A DNA stretch of 64,000 nucleotides. Origin: Takakia lepidozioides (Eukaryota > Plantae > Bryophyta). The stretch covers positions 54,560,001 to 54,624,000 of the forward strand of contig CM060734.1 of the NCBI GenBank assembly GCA_030704615.1. The letters are read 5' to 3'. The stretch's first letter is position 1. Every line of letters begins with the position of its first letter. Positions 37,201-48,469 of this stretch are shown piece after piece. Both the position numbers and the translations under genes were made by a program. Below the pieces are notes generated by a model that was given only the letters and a program-made list of their open reading frames with translations, ran no database searches and was not told the origin of the DNA.

Positions 37201-38360
37201 AAGCACTTCAATGTCAAATGGACATCTTATATGTCACATTTTGAAGCAAGTATGACATCATTTGTAATTTCACAAAGTTCAATCACACATTACTGTCCAT
37301 GATATTATTAACATTTGAATTAATTTTAATTCAAATATATATTAAGTTTGGTCCGGATTTAAGCCAAAAGTCCAGATAGTTAAAATATGGTTATATATGG
37401 AACTTGGAGCTTGTAGATATACATTATGGGTGCATATTTCGCATTAGGGTTTTGGGATTTTATTCCGTTTTGAAAACATAGCTCATATGACCGCGGTTTA
37501 AAAACATAAAACCCCCATGACCGTGGGTTTGTGCTCACGCCATTTGTGCTCACCGGTGTGCTCACGTTTTACCAACCCCCCCTTGAAATTGTGCTCACGG
37601 GAGCACAAAGCTTGCGAAGATGGGACATAGGGAATTTCCCGTAGGTGTCATCTCTCGTCACCCTATTTCCGCGGTTTGTGTCGACTCCATTTTCATGTAC
37701 GCATGTAGCTCGTAGTAATCAATAATATGTGAAACTAGATTTTGTTCCGCCCACGAAAACATGGGTAATGACCTACCGCAATAAGCACATAACAATTGGC
37801 CCCCCTTCCTCCCCCCCCACAACACAATTGTCGCACGTTTACATAAAACAATCTCACATCGTCTCTGATGTGCAAAACCAAACACAACACATTTTGTTTC
37901 GTCCACAAAACCATTGGATAATGACCTGCGTAGCGATACCTGGAAATTTCACTGGCGAAACCCATTATTTCGATGGCGGAACTTAATGCCTTGATTTATT
38001 TCGCTAACGAAACCGTTGTTTGCGTTATATTATTATTGTTGGTATTCGTGTGTTTTGGATGGTGTTGGTTATTGTGACTTTGTTTTCCCTTAATGTGTTA
38101 TTTTCTTGTAGGATACCAAAGTTGTAGATATGTGGAACTTGGAGCTTGTAGATATACATTATGGGTGTGTATTTCGCATTAGGGTTTTGGGTTTAGGCAC
38201 AAAAATATGCACATAAACCCTATAAATGCATTGTCTCTCTATATCCGCCAATGGTTTTATTCCGTTTTGAAAACATATAACTCTTGTGACCGCGGTTTAA
38301 AAACATAAAACCCCCATGGCTGTGGGTTGTGCTCAAGTTCTACCAACCCCCTAGAGCTCA
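34300..38360. repeat. AT-rich region of imperfect direct duplications with scattered telomere-like AAACCCT units (probable non-autonomous TE relic)
   Basis: 34850-35030 resembles 35255-35430; ~35640-36420 resembles ~36590-37375; ~37390-37580 resembles ~38125-38350; repeated aaaccctaaaccct; clustered gtgctcacg at 37530-37605. Confidence 0.7.
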
Positions 38361-39288
38361 CCCCCACCTGCTCGAGCCCTAATCTGAAAGCCCTAAGGCA
38401 GATCAAAGGCAATCGAGCAGCGAATCCTGGTGTGCCATAACACTATATTTTTTTTTCTCACAATTCCATGGAGAAACAAAAAAGTTCTTCAAACATTTCA
38501 AAACCCAACAGCCCAAAAGGGGCCTTGGTGGGTTTAGGGAATTGTACACTCAGTATCCATGCAGACAGAATGTGTCTTGTGTTGTGTTCCTCTTATCTCT
38601 GAAATGTCTGGAGGGCCTGCCCATCCTCAAGTAGAAGCTCACGCACTGGACGATGATGCAATTGCAATGTCAAGGTCGGAACATGACACGATTGCTCTTG
38701 GAAGTGGTGTCCTGAGCATTGCTACTAATGCAAAGGGGTTAAACACATCTCAGTTTTGTGGTGATGTTTAATTCTGAAGAAGTATTCAAGCTTGGCTGGG
38801 GGATGGCAGCTGTTCCTCTAAGCTGGAGAGAATATTATGCAAGAAATATAATAACCTGTACACTAACTGCTGCTCTGCAGGAGCATGGAGATGGGAAACA
38901 CAACATACTTTGCTTACATGTCCATGGGGCCAGGACCCATCAAAGCAAAACAACCAGAGAGAGAAAAAAGAAGTAATTGTCACACCAACGGGGCACCCAC
39001 AATGGACACACAACAGAGCAGAGTCTGAGAGAGGGAAAAGTAGGTTTTGTCACGCCCACCACAAGCTTGGGGCGAGAGAGACGGGGAAAGAACGTTAGAT
39101 TATTACGTCCATAGAAGATCCAAAGGGACGGTCAAGGTACGGAACAGACCAGCACAATAAGACCAAAGAAATATCAATGCAAGAACAGGGAGCGCTTCAT
39201 TTCAGTGAGTCATTCTGGGTTTGTCAGTTGCATGGCAATGTGATGTGAGGCAATTTGGAGAGTCGTCAATCGTGCACGCAGAACAAGA

Positions 39289-42200
39289 ATGACGGTCTTC
39301 ACAGTTATGCCCGCTGGACTCCCAGCTGCATGTTGGCGCTCCGTGGCAATGGCTATGCCAAAACCTTTGCAGTTTTCACCACCACTTAGCTCTCCCGACA
39401 CTTCTTCTCTTGGCCCTTCTAGCTTTCTCTGTCGGTCTCTTTCATTGCCTATTCTAGGTCCTCAGAGCGAGCAACGGATATCTTGGTCCAATCATGGATT
39501 TCCTAGTGAATTCCAAGTCTCTATGCATCCGCGCACACATATGTTTCCCAAAGCATCTGAGTCCGTTGGTTTTCTCCCTGGAGCAAAGTGTCGGTCTAGA
39601 ATTGCATGTTCAGTGAAGGACAGGGAACATGGAGAGGTGTCAATACAGAACAATGAGAATGTGGATTATGCAGGGGACGGAAGGGTTGAGGGAGAAGAAG
39701 AGAAAGTGGTGCAATTTGATGTGAGTAGCAATTGCGTCAACCCGTCTTTCCGGGTCTCGCCTTTTCTACAGCGCTCTGTGGTAATTGCCTTCCCACCATT
39801 GAAAGTTTTGAAACCAATGAAAGTAGATTCCATCTCACATATGGGTTGTGGTTGGGATGCGAGAGAGCAATAACTGTTGGATTGGCACTAGTCGGGAGGA
39901 TTTTGGACGCGGCATCGATAGGTGCATGGCTAGACATTTGTGCCGAAGGGCAGCATAGTCTGAAACTGACGTATGTTTCATTCTTTCCTGCCTACACTTG
40001 CTCCCCCACTACCTCTATGGTAGTAACAGTATTTAATGGTTGTAGAATACAGATGACTGCACCTCTGTATCTCCTAACAGACGCTCGCTATATGATGGAC
40101 CCAAATGACCTCGGAAAATGGTGCTGAGATAGTGTGCATTTCAACCCCCCCAAACCCCCAAGGCCCTTAGCTGTATAGGGAGCTTCAATTGGAAGTCCAG
40201 TGGTTGGGGCCTGATCAAACCATGGAGGCATGTGATCATTCACCTAGAATGGGCTTGGGCTTGGGTACTGTGTAACTACAAACTGTGGATGCAGATATCT
40301 GGTCTTTCAGGCTGACAGGACCTGCATGATTATAATTCTTGCTAGTAGTAGAACGATGGAATGAGGGCTGCACCTCTTAAATCTAACATGCTGAAGGGTG
40401 TCCAGAACAAAGACTCTTGACTTACTCTTTTCCTTGGAGTGTTAAATGCAGGTTAAATCCCTCATGTCATTTTTATGACCTCTAACTGTGATTTAGTCAT
40501 GGCTCTTGCTACAAAATTGACCTGGGGCTGGAGAAAGACTTGGATAGAAGCAAGAAGGCCAGAACTGCGTACTGCACTAGAGCTTTTGAGTGTCCAGGTC
40601 TGGAGTGAAAATTCAGTTTTGTGACCCATTCAGGGTTTAGGGTTCAAGCAACATCTAAACCTCAAAATTAAAACCCTAATCTTCAGTCCAATTTTTGGAA
40701 GGAAATTACCTAAAGTATTAGATGTATTAGATACAGATTTGCTTGTGTGTAATTCAGATTAAAGTGCCCACTGGCTGAACCACCGGGGGAACCATTTGGC
40801 TTGAGTTGTGAGAAGGATAACCACGACGGCAAGATGCTTCTGAATATTCTTACTATTGGACTCCATACGAAGTTGGCCTGGTTATGTTTTCACATAGCCA
40901 GACCGATCTTAATTTGGCCATAGTTGTCACCTAGTGTGAGAAGTATTTTGTGTAAGCTTATGGAGCAACTCTCAACTACATGATACTGCCAAAGACAGAA
41001 AGTTCTCTCACAATTCAGGCATACTAACAGTGAATTGCACCCGTCTCTTTCTCCACTTTCGGTTCTAAAACTCGAATATTCTACGGAATCAGTCAATAAC
41101 TCCAGTGAGAATGCACCTCTCTCTTGTGCTCTCTTTTTTCTATTTTACAGCTACGACAAACAATGTCTCATGAGTACATTCTTTTCTATTTTACAGATGT
41201 TGGCTGTTTTTTGTAGGATGCAACCAGCTATAAAAAGGTCCGGATCCTGTTTGTAAGTGAGGGGAATGTGTGTCGCTCGGTCTTTGCGGAGGCCATTTTC
41301 AAAGCTCTTCTTCAAGAGCATGGCTTGGAGAACCTTGTCGAGTGTACTTCAAAGGTACTGTTCTTAGACCTGCAATAATTTTTTTTGTTCTGTTTCCTCT
41401 CTCTCCTCGTCTTTTTTCCATCTATGCATTGTTTTCATCATGGTTGGTGGCATAGGGGATTGTTTGCCAGTTCACTTGATGTTTTCAGTGCAGATCTAAT
41501 GTTGAAAGTAGGAGTGTAAGTGATTAGGTTATTCTGATTTGGTGGCTCAAGATTCCCAAATAGTTAAAGTATTCATGTCTGCATGTTACATATGGGGTGG
41601 GTGATGATTGCATGTCAATGAACACATGTAGGTGTATGCGTGACTTGATGTGGATTCTGTCTGTTGTAGGCTGCAAAGGATTATAATGAGGGAGAGGCAC
41701 CAGATGGACGTGCAGTGCAAGTAGCTCAGGAGCTAGGCCTACAACTGGAGGACGGTGCAGTAGCCCGTGTCTTTGACTGTGCCTCTGATATGGTCTCATC
41801 AGATCTCATTCTGGTTATGGATAAGGCAAGCCTCTATCTGTCTTTTTCCTTGAATGGGGCCTAGTTTTTTGAAACAACACTCAAGAATTGCCTGATCCCT
41901 CTGGCTCTCTCTCTATCTTTGACTCTGGCTAACTCCACTCTTGGAATACTTAATCCTGTCATGGTGTTCAGAAATTGCTTTTAGAGCTACTTGTACATCT
42001 CTGTTGGTAAGGCAAGGAGAATGGTACGTCCATGAAGGTTCATAGTGCGAACAGGACATTTGATGGCAAACTAATCCATGATATCCTGTGCTGGGCCCTG
42101 TAGCAGCAGCATACTAGAGTATATATGTACACCTTCTATATGTTGAAGACTTTTGTCTCTCTTGCTTCTTTCACTGCCCTTGATACTAAGAGATCCGTGG

Positions 42201-44657
42201 GAGATTCAACTGTGTATTCCGGGATACCCAATCTCTCACGGAGGTCTTCCATTACGAGGATCCGAAATGCTTGGCAGCTTACCTGCATGAAGAATTGACT
42301 ATTAGACAATCCCTTGAGCTTTAGTTGCTTTTGGGCTGTTTGTGGCCCCTCTTTCTTTTTGTTTCTTTCTTCCTCTTGTCCTTTAAGCTCTTTGAGCTTC
42401 CTGCGGACGGAATAAAGTACATTTCATTTCATTTCTCTCTTCCCCCCGCCCCCCCTCTCTCTCTCTCTTTCGTTGAATTGGCCACAAGGCTACGGCAAAC
42501 AACGTCTTATGAGTACAATCTCTTTCGTTGAATGTGGCCACAAAGCTACGGCAAACAACGTCTTATGAGTACAATCTTTCGTTGAATGTGGGCAACCCGA
42601 AGACAATATTCATTTCCTGATTCACTGTCCGGGGTTCTATCACCAGTGAGACGCCCTCCTCAAATCAATCAAGGGAATTGTGCCTGTACCTCTGTTTACC
42701 AACTTTGAAAGTCTCGAGGCTGAGCCAAAAGCCCAGGCCCTTCTGGGGCCTAGTTATTGGGCAAACCACACACAGCAGATTGATGCTTGTGTGAAGGGAT
42801 TTCTAGAGGATATCTGGAAAACCCGGATCAATGTTTTATATCAAGGTAAGTCTTACTACCGACGTCAGCCTCTGACAGAGGTAGGTTCTGTCCCTTTGTG
42901 TTCAACTCAAACTGGGCGCAGGGTCAATGGCCACAAGGCTACGGCAAACAACGTCTTATGAGTACATTCTCTATCTATCTATCTATCTATCTCAGTGGGT
43001 GGATGCTTGTGTGAAGGGCTTTCTAGAGGAGATCTGGAAAACCCGTATTAATTGTCTTTATCATGGTAAGAAGTCATACTACCTGAGTGAACCCCTCACA
43101 GTGGTAGTGTCTGTTCCCATTTGTTCAAACTGGGCACGGGGTCTATGGGCTACAGCAAACATCTTATGAGTACGGTACCTCTCTCTCTCTAGTGTGACTG
43201 ACTGCGCAACTGTAATGGATTGATTTCCTGCACAGAATGGACTCTCAACAAGCTACATTCACAGGTAATGGGAAATGAGCAGGACTTAAGCTGAAAGCTT
43301 TCAAAATACAGGAGTTAACGATAGTGTGATGCAATTGTGCTGGAAGTGATCATCGGTATCTCTGCTGACGGTGCACTGGGGTTATGGGAATTCGCAGTTC
43401 AATGCATCAGACGTGTTGAAGGAAGTGACTGTCTATGAGGCTATTGACAAGGAGGGTCGATATTCCTACAAAGTCCGTCGCCTTGGAGAATTTTGCCGTT
43501 CAAGAAAGGTAAATACAGGCTTGCCTTCTGTGTCCAGGATCTTGGGTATTTTCACATTTTGTGTTTTGACCTTTTCATTCATATGTGGGTTTAGTTATAG
43601 TGTTCAAATCTCAATGTACTTGCCCTTGTGTGACCACTCACTATATATAGCTAAAGTGCCTCATGCCTTGGCAGATAGAGGACATTGACGACCCTCTCTA
43701 CGGCAACATGGGGGGTCCAGAGGAGCTGGTAGGCTACTGATTCTTCACAAATCCTTGTGGTCCTCATTCCTATCACTGTAATTCTCAGGGAGTTTTTATA
43801 CTGCAGTCAATACCCTGTTGATTGAAAACTTCTGAACTATCCCTAGCAGGCACAATGCCCAAAAGGGTTTGTCACAATTAACTACTGCAGTGAGCTTTGA
43901 ATGGGTTATTAGAGTGTCTTCATAGTCATGCCCTCTGGAGGTGAAAGGAAGAGGGAGAAACTGCATCATGGCAATTGGTGGTCATCAAGCCGTGGGAGTC
44001 ACCTGGGTGGATAAATAATAGCCCAGCATGCATACACGCCACAACGTCCTCATGACCACCAGTGACTCTCTATACCCATTAGTGTTGGGATGTAAGCAGT
44101 CTGCAACCGTAGCTTCATAGAAATGTCATGGAGCGGTACATATTATCTTCTAGTTTCATTGCCCACTTTGAAGAAATTTTTTGCTTATAGTCACTTGGAC
44201 CCTGTGACATCAGGAGCTGCTGCGAGAAGTGTATGGAGACTTGCGAGAATCATGTGAGGGCGTCATCCAGTTTCTGTTGGACACAAAATCCAGCTTGCAA
44301 GGTCTGGTCACCAGCTGCGCCTCCCCCCGCCCCCCCCAACCTTCTCTCCTCTTTTCTTCGATGATGCACAACACATGTTTACATATGTATTAAATTAGTT
44401 TTCTATCTCTGAGCGTAGTGTAGGTATGCTCTGTGAGTTTATATTTGAAGGGACTGAGTTGGTTCACTTATTGTCGTTATCATGGTTGCAAGCCCATTTG
44501 ACGTTAGTATGGTGCAATCACAGGCAGAGAGTAATGAAATTGAATAAGCCCTGGTTGTGTTGTAGGTCCAGAGACTCTTAAGCAAGGGATTGGGCACTCC
44601 CTGGGCCAGATGGAGTCTCTTGATTGGCTTGTACCACCGATGTTGCAACGAACATGA
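39289..44657 (+). CDS. Low-molecular-weight protein-tyrosine-phosphatase-like protein with plastid-type N-terminal extension; exons 39289(or 39349)-39720, 41217-41354, 41670-41825, 43398-43508, 43675-43728, 44214-44301, 44566-44657 (~336-356 aa)
   Basis: The spliced frame is continuous: RILFVSEGNVCRSVFAEAIF...APDGRA...DLILVMDK|FNASD...IEDIDDPLYG...LDWLVPPMLQRT*. All introns are GT-AG except intron 3 (GC-AG). The N-terminus is Ser/Pro-rich. Confidence 0.88.
42080..42440 (+). mobile_element. 3' end of a second LINE family in LMW-PTP intron 3
   Basis: Decayed frame FHCP*Y*EIRGRFNCVFRD...FHYEDPKCLAAYLHEEL resembles a LINE C-terminal Cys/His region. It is followed by aataaa and a (CATTT)n tail. 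Confidence 0.6.
42468..43190 (+). mobile_element. Head-to-tail chain of four 5'-truncated 3' ends of the RTE-like LINE
   Basis: ggccacaaggctacggcaaacaacgtcttatgagtaca at ~42481, ~42536, ~42929 and a diverged copy at ~43148, each followed by CT/CTAT microsatellite. Confidence 0.88.
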
Positions 44658-46488
44658 ATTGAAATTGTCTGTTGCATTTTGCACAATTGGCATAATCTTT
44701 AACCATTTGGATGCAAGAGGTCATCATGAGCAGAGAGAGGGTCGTTCACTGGGGATGATGGCTTTACGACATCAAGCAATCCTCTGTGGAACCTCAACCC
44801 TCAAAAAGCCAACTGCGGAGTTTTTCCCACCAGGGTACTAAACTTTTGTAGCTGAGGAGAGAGAGAGTGAGAGGAGAGAACTGAGAGGAGTTGAGAGTTC
44901 CAAGAAAGGAGAGTACTGTTTTCAGTTTATATGTAGGGGAGACAAAGCAGGCATCAGCCTTGCTAATCATCTTCAAAGGCTTTTAGGGCTTAGCTACAGA
45001 GTGATGAGTGTTGTCAATACCTTTCCACATTGGAATTTGGTCTGCTGGCTGCGTAGGTTTAGCTGTGGGTTGCTGGATCGTAAGAGAGTTTGGTACCTGC
45101 ATGCTTCCAGTAAGCACCAAGTTTGATATGAAAAAGTGACTTGGGAGTGATTTGGAATATGGGTGGTTGCTTCTTTGTTAGTTAGTCATATGAGGATGTA
45201 TTGGTGCTGAGCTGCAGATTAACTCCTTTAGCAAAGAGTATTGTTCAAACGTCATTTTTGCAGATTTCCTTACTTCCTTTCTTCCTTTGATTTTCTTACT
45301 TTACTCTCCGTGGAGCTCCACATCTTTGTATTCCAAATGAGGAGAGTGTCATGACTCTCAAATGGTATGTATGAGCGAATGAGATACTAGTTCTGTTGCT
45401 TCTCTGATCGAAAGAAACATCTCTCAAATCTTTTACATGCATGCAACTTAATAGGGTGTCAATTAGTTTTGGAAAAGTATGTTTCCAACCGGCTTCCTTT
45501 TTTTTTTGGTGAAAGGGGGACTTCCATGGCGTCCTGAAGGTAGTCCAAAATAGTCTTAAGAATAAAGTGAGCCTGAGTTTGGTACCCAGTTTGGACCCGA
45601 GTTTCTCATTTCATCCTGGTTAAATTTTTTGTAACCCTAAGCCAAATGTCCCAATATGTAGCCCAAGTTTCATTTCAAAAAAAATTCGGCCAGTAAGAAG
45701 ATGGCATGACAAAGTGGACTCTCAGGATGGGAGGTACCATTAGAAAAAAACATGCGGACCAAACTGCCAGGATGTAGGGAAATGGTCGTGGCGGGAGTTT
45801 GGACCCGAGTTTTGTTCCTCTTGGAGGCGGAGGCAGTCAGAGCTCATCCACTTGCTTGCCATTATCCCCAGTTTTTGATTTGGTGTCCTCTTTTCTGAAC
45901 TTAGCGGGGTTGGACCAGTGAATTCCTCTCTGAAGCCCTGGCTACTAAGCACAATTCAGAATACTAGAACTGTGCAAGCCATCCACATAACGGAATAGGG
46001 GTGTTTTTTCATGCCCAGTTTTGGCCAAACTCAGGGTTCTCATGCAGAGTTTGGGACCCTTTACGAATAACTTTAATAGAAAATAATATTAAAATTATTT
46101 TCAGGGGGAGTTAGTTATTTGCTTTGTGCTTGATGTTGTCATCTGTTTAGGGTTCTTCAAAACAACTACATTCAAGAAGGTCTTTATCTGTTTTGTATTC
46201 AATGATATGTGACATTTAGTTCAGGGTTTTTCATAAACTACATTTTTAAAAAAGGGCACATCGGCTGTAAGTGCACAATGTGTCGCCTTGGTGGTTCGGG
46301 GTTCAAACCCGCTGCCCTGCCCTATATGTGGATTGTTTGTCTGGATGTTGTTCGTCCTGTGTGCTTGCATGGCCCATAAATGAAAGGGGGTTAACCTTTC
46401 CTCCTCCTCAAGGGCCTGAATTGTGGGCTGTCGGGTTCTTTTTTTGTAAAAAAAAAGGACATCCTAAGTCTAGTGTAAATCAAAACTA

Positions 46489-47823
46489 CCGTAGTGGGAT
46501 AGCCGGTTAGGCAGAGATTAATTCGAAAAAAAAGTGCCTAATCAAAATAAATTATTTTTAACAAGAGTGCCTAATTTTCAAAAAATTCTCTAAAAGTGCC
46601 TAATGGTATAAAAACTTGAATTTAAATTTACAACAAATATAAAATAGAAAAAATGAAAATCTAAAATCTAAAAATGATATCCAGTTCTTTTTCTACTTCA
46701 TACTATATGATACACTAGCTCCAGATAACCTCTTGCATTGACTCAACTATCTCATCATAGTTAGCCTTGCATCCAAGCTCTCCTTCAGACTCTAAACTAT
46801 CATTGAGATTAGGAAGCTCTTCGTGTACGATATGCAGATTTGCCAAACATCTACTCATGCTATCAACTATCAACCACACTGAGTTTTCATTCAAAACGTC
46901 ATCCATGGATTCAGTTTTCAATTTTCATCCATGGCAGCGGCTGGGTTTTCATTTAAAACGTCATCATATGGGCCTCAGTTTTCAATTATCATCCATGGCA
47001 GCGTCTGTATATATATATATATATATATTTTGTGATCATTATTTTTAGTTGCCTAATTTGATTTGTTTTTATTTTTGTTTTTATTTGTACGGAACGGTTG
47101 GATTTTAGCCTTGTAAGACTTTATTAAGATGATGTTAAGATGGTAAGGAAAAAATAACCTTACAAGAGCCATGAAGGTAGACAACACAAACTGAAGAGAA
47201 AGACCGGACAGCGCCCATAGAAGGAACCAGAAGAGAAGCACTAGTAATTGCACACAAAGCTTCACTACACATGAGCCCGGTAACAAAAGAGCTGCAAGGC
47301 TAAGCCTAAAGACTAAGAGCATCCCCACTGGTGTCCTTAAATGCCACGGCAACGGTACTCCCCGCCCTCGGCCCGTATTTTGGTGCAGGATAGGGGCCCT
47401 CGTCAACCCGGCCCCTACCTGCCGAATAGACTAAAAAGCACGCCGGCGTGCATTTATGGTGTGCTAGTAAGGCGGTGTCTGCCAAGCGGTCCCTCCGCAG
47501 CAAGGCACATCATCAAAAATTACATGTGCAGGGCAGTTCGATGGAGTCACCACTGGGGGAGGGGAGTGTTGGAGGCGGCGGGAGGTTACCGTGCAGTGGT
47601 GTTTAGTGTACCCCCCGTGGAGATGCTCTAAGAGCAGCACCAAGATATTACTAAGTTATCTCTACATGCTCCCCAGTTTTCTTTTGGGAGCATCAAAGGA
47701 TAGAAAAAATTACACATTCAAGATGCCTACTTTGAAAAGCTTTTCTCAAAAGTGCCTAACTGCCAAATGGCCCCAAAAATAACTATTAGGCAGGCAAGTG
47801 CATAACCGGCTATCCCACTGCGG
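46489..47823. mobile_element. Non-autonomous TIR DNA transposon
   Basis: CCGTAGTGGGATAGCCGGTTA ... TAACCGGCTATCCCACTGCGG inverted termini flanked by TA on both sides; many GTGCCTAA/TTAGGCA subterminal repeats. The superfamily (hAT-like or TA-targeting) is unresolved. Confidence 0.78.
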
Positions 47824-48469
47824 TATGTCACACCTTCAAGGAGATGGTTTGGTGTATGCGTGTCATGACTACTGACGTAATGAGTATAGGGTATGTTGGA
47901 CGGAGGCCTATGACCGCCCAGGCTACATTTGCCCATGCCTGGATCGGTGAAGCCATCTCGCCTGCCACCTAAGTAGGTTTGTGCATTTCAAGAAGCAAGC
48001 GTGTGAGAATGGAAGCACAATGTTGAATGCCCACAAGCCCTCTCACCAGGAATGGGTTGCAATGCAAGCCTGGATTGCCCCCAAATGCGCCCCCAGCCGC
48101 CATCACTCACTTCACGCCGCTTCTCTCCTGTTCATGCATCTGCCATAGCCCTTCAAGCTATATAGTGTGCAATTCCTATATCATTGCCAGAAATCGCGTG
48201 GGAAGACTCTAGCAACACAAATATGGCCTCTTGGACAACTCTTCAGGCATGTGGCTGCACTACGCCCCAGCAAAAATTTGAAGATAATCTTCAGACAAAC
48301 TTGAGCTATTACAGTGCTCTGCAGAATTTTCTTCGGATACTCTTCTGGCATATCCTGCAGAAATCCTCCGAAATATCACTAATGCACAGGGGAGGGAGAG
48401 AGGTTACTTGACTAAGCGCCATAGCGAGCAGTATGTCATGGCTTTGGTAGCTGCTTCTTGCAAGGCAGC

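Noticed and set aside
42194-42245. Intronic hairpin as possible miRNA
   Set aside because: The stem is only ~13 bp and lies within a decayed LINE coding end.
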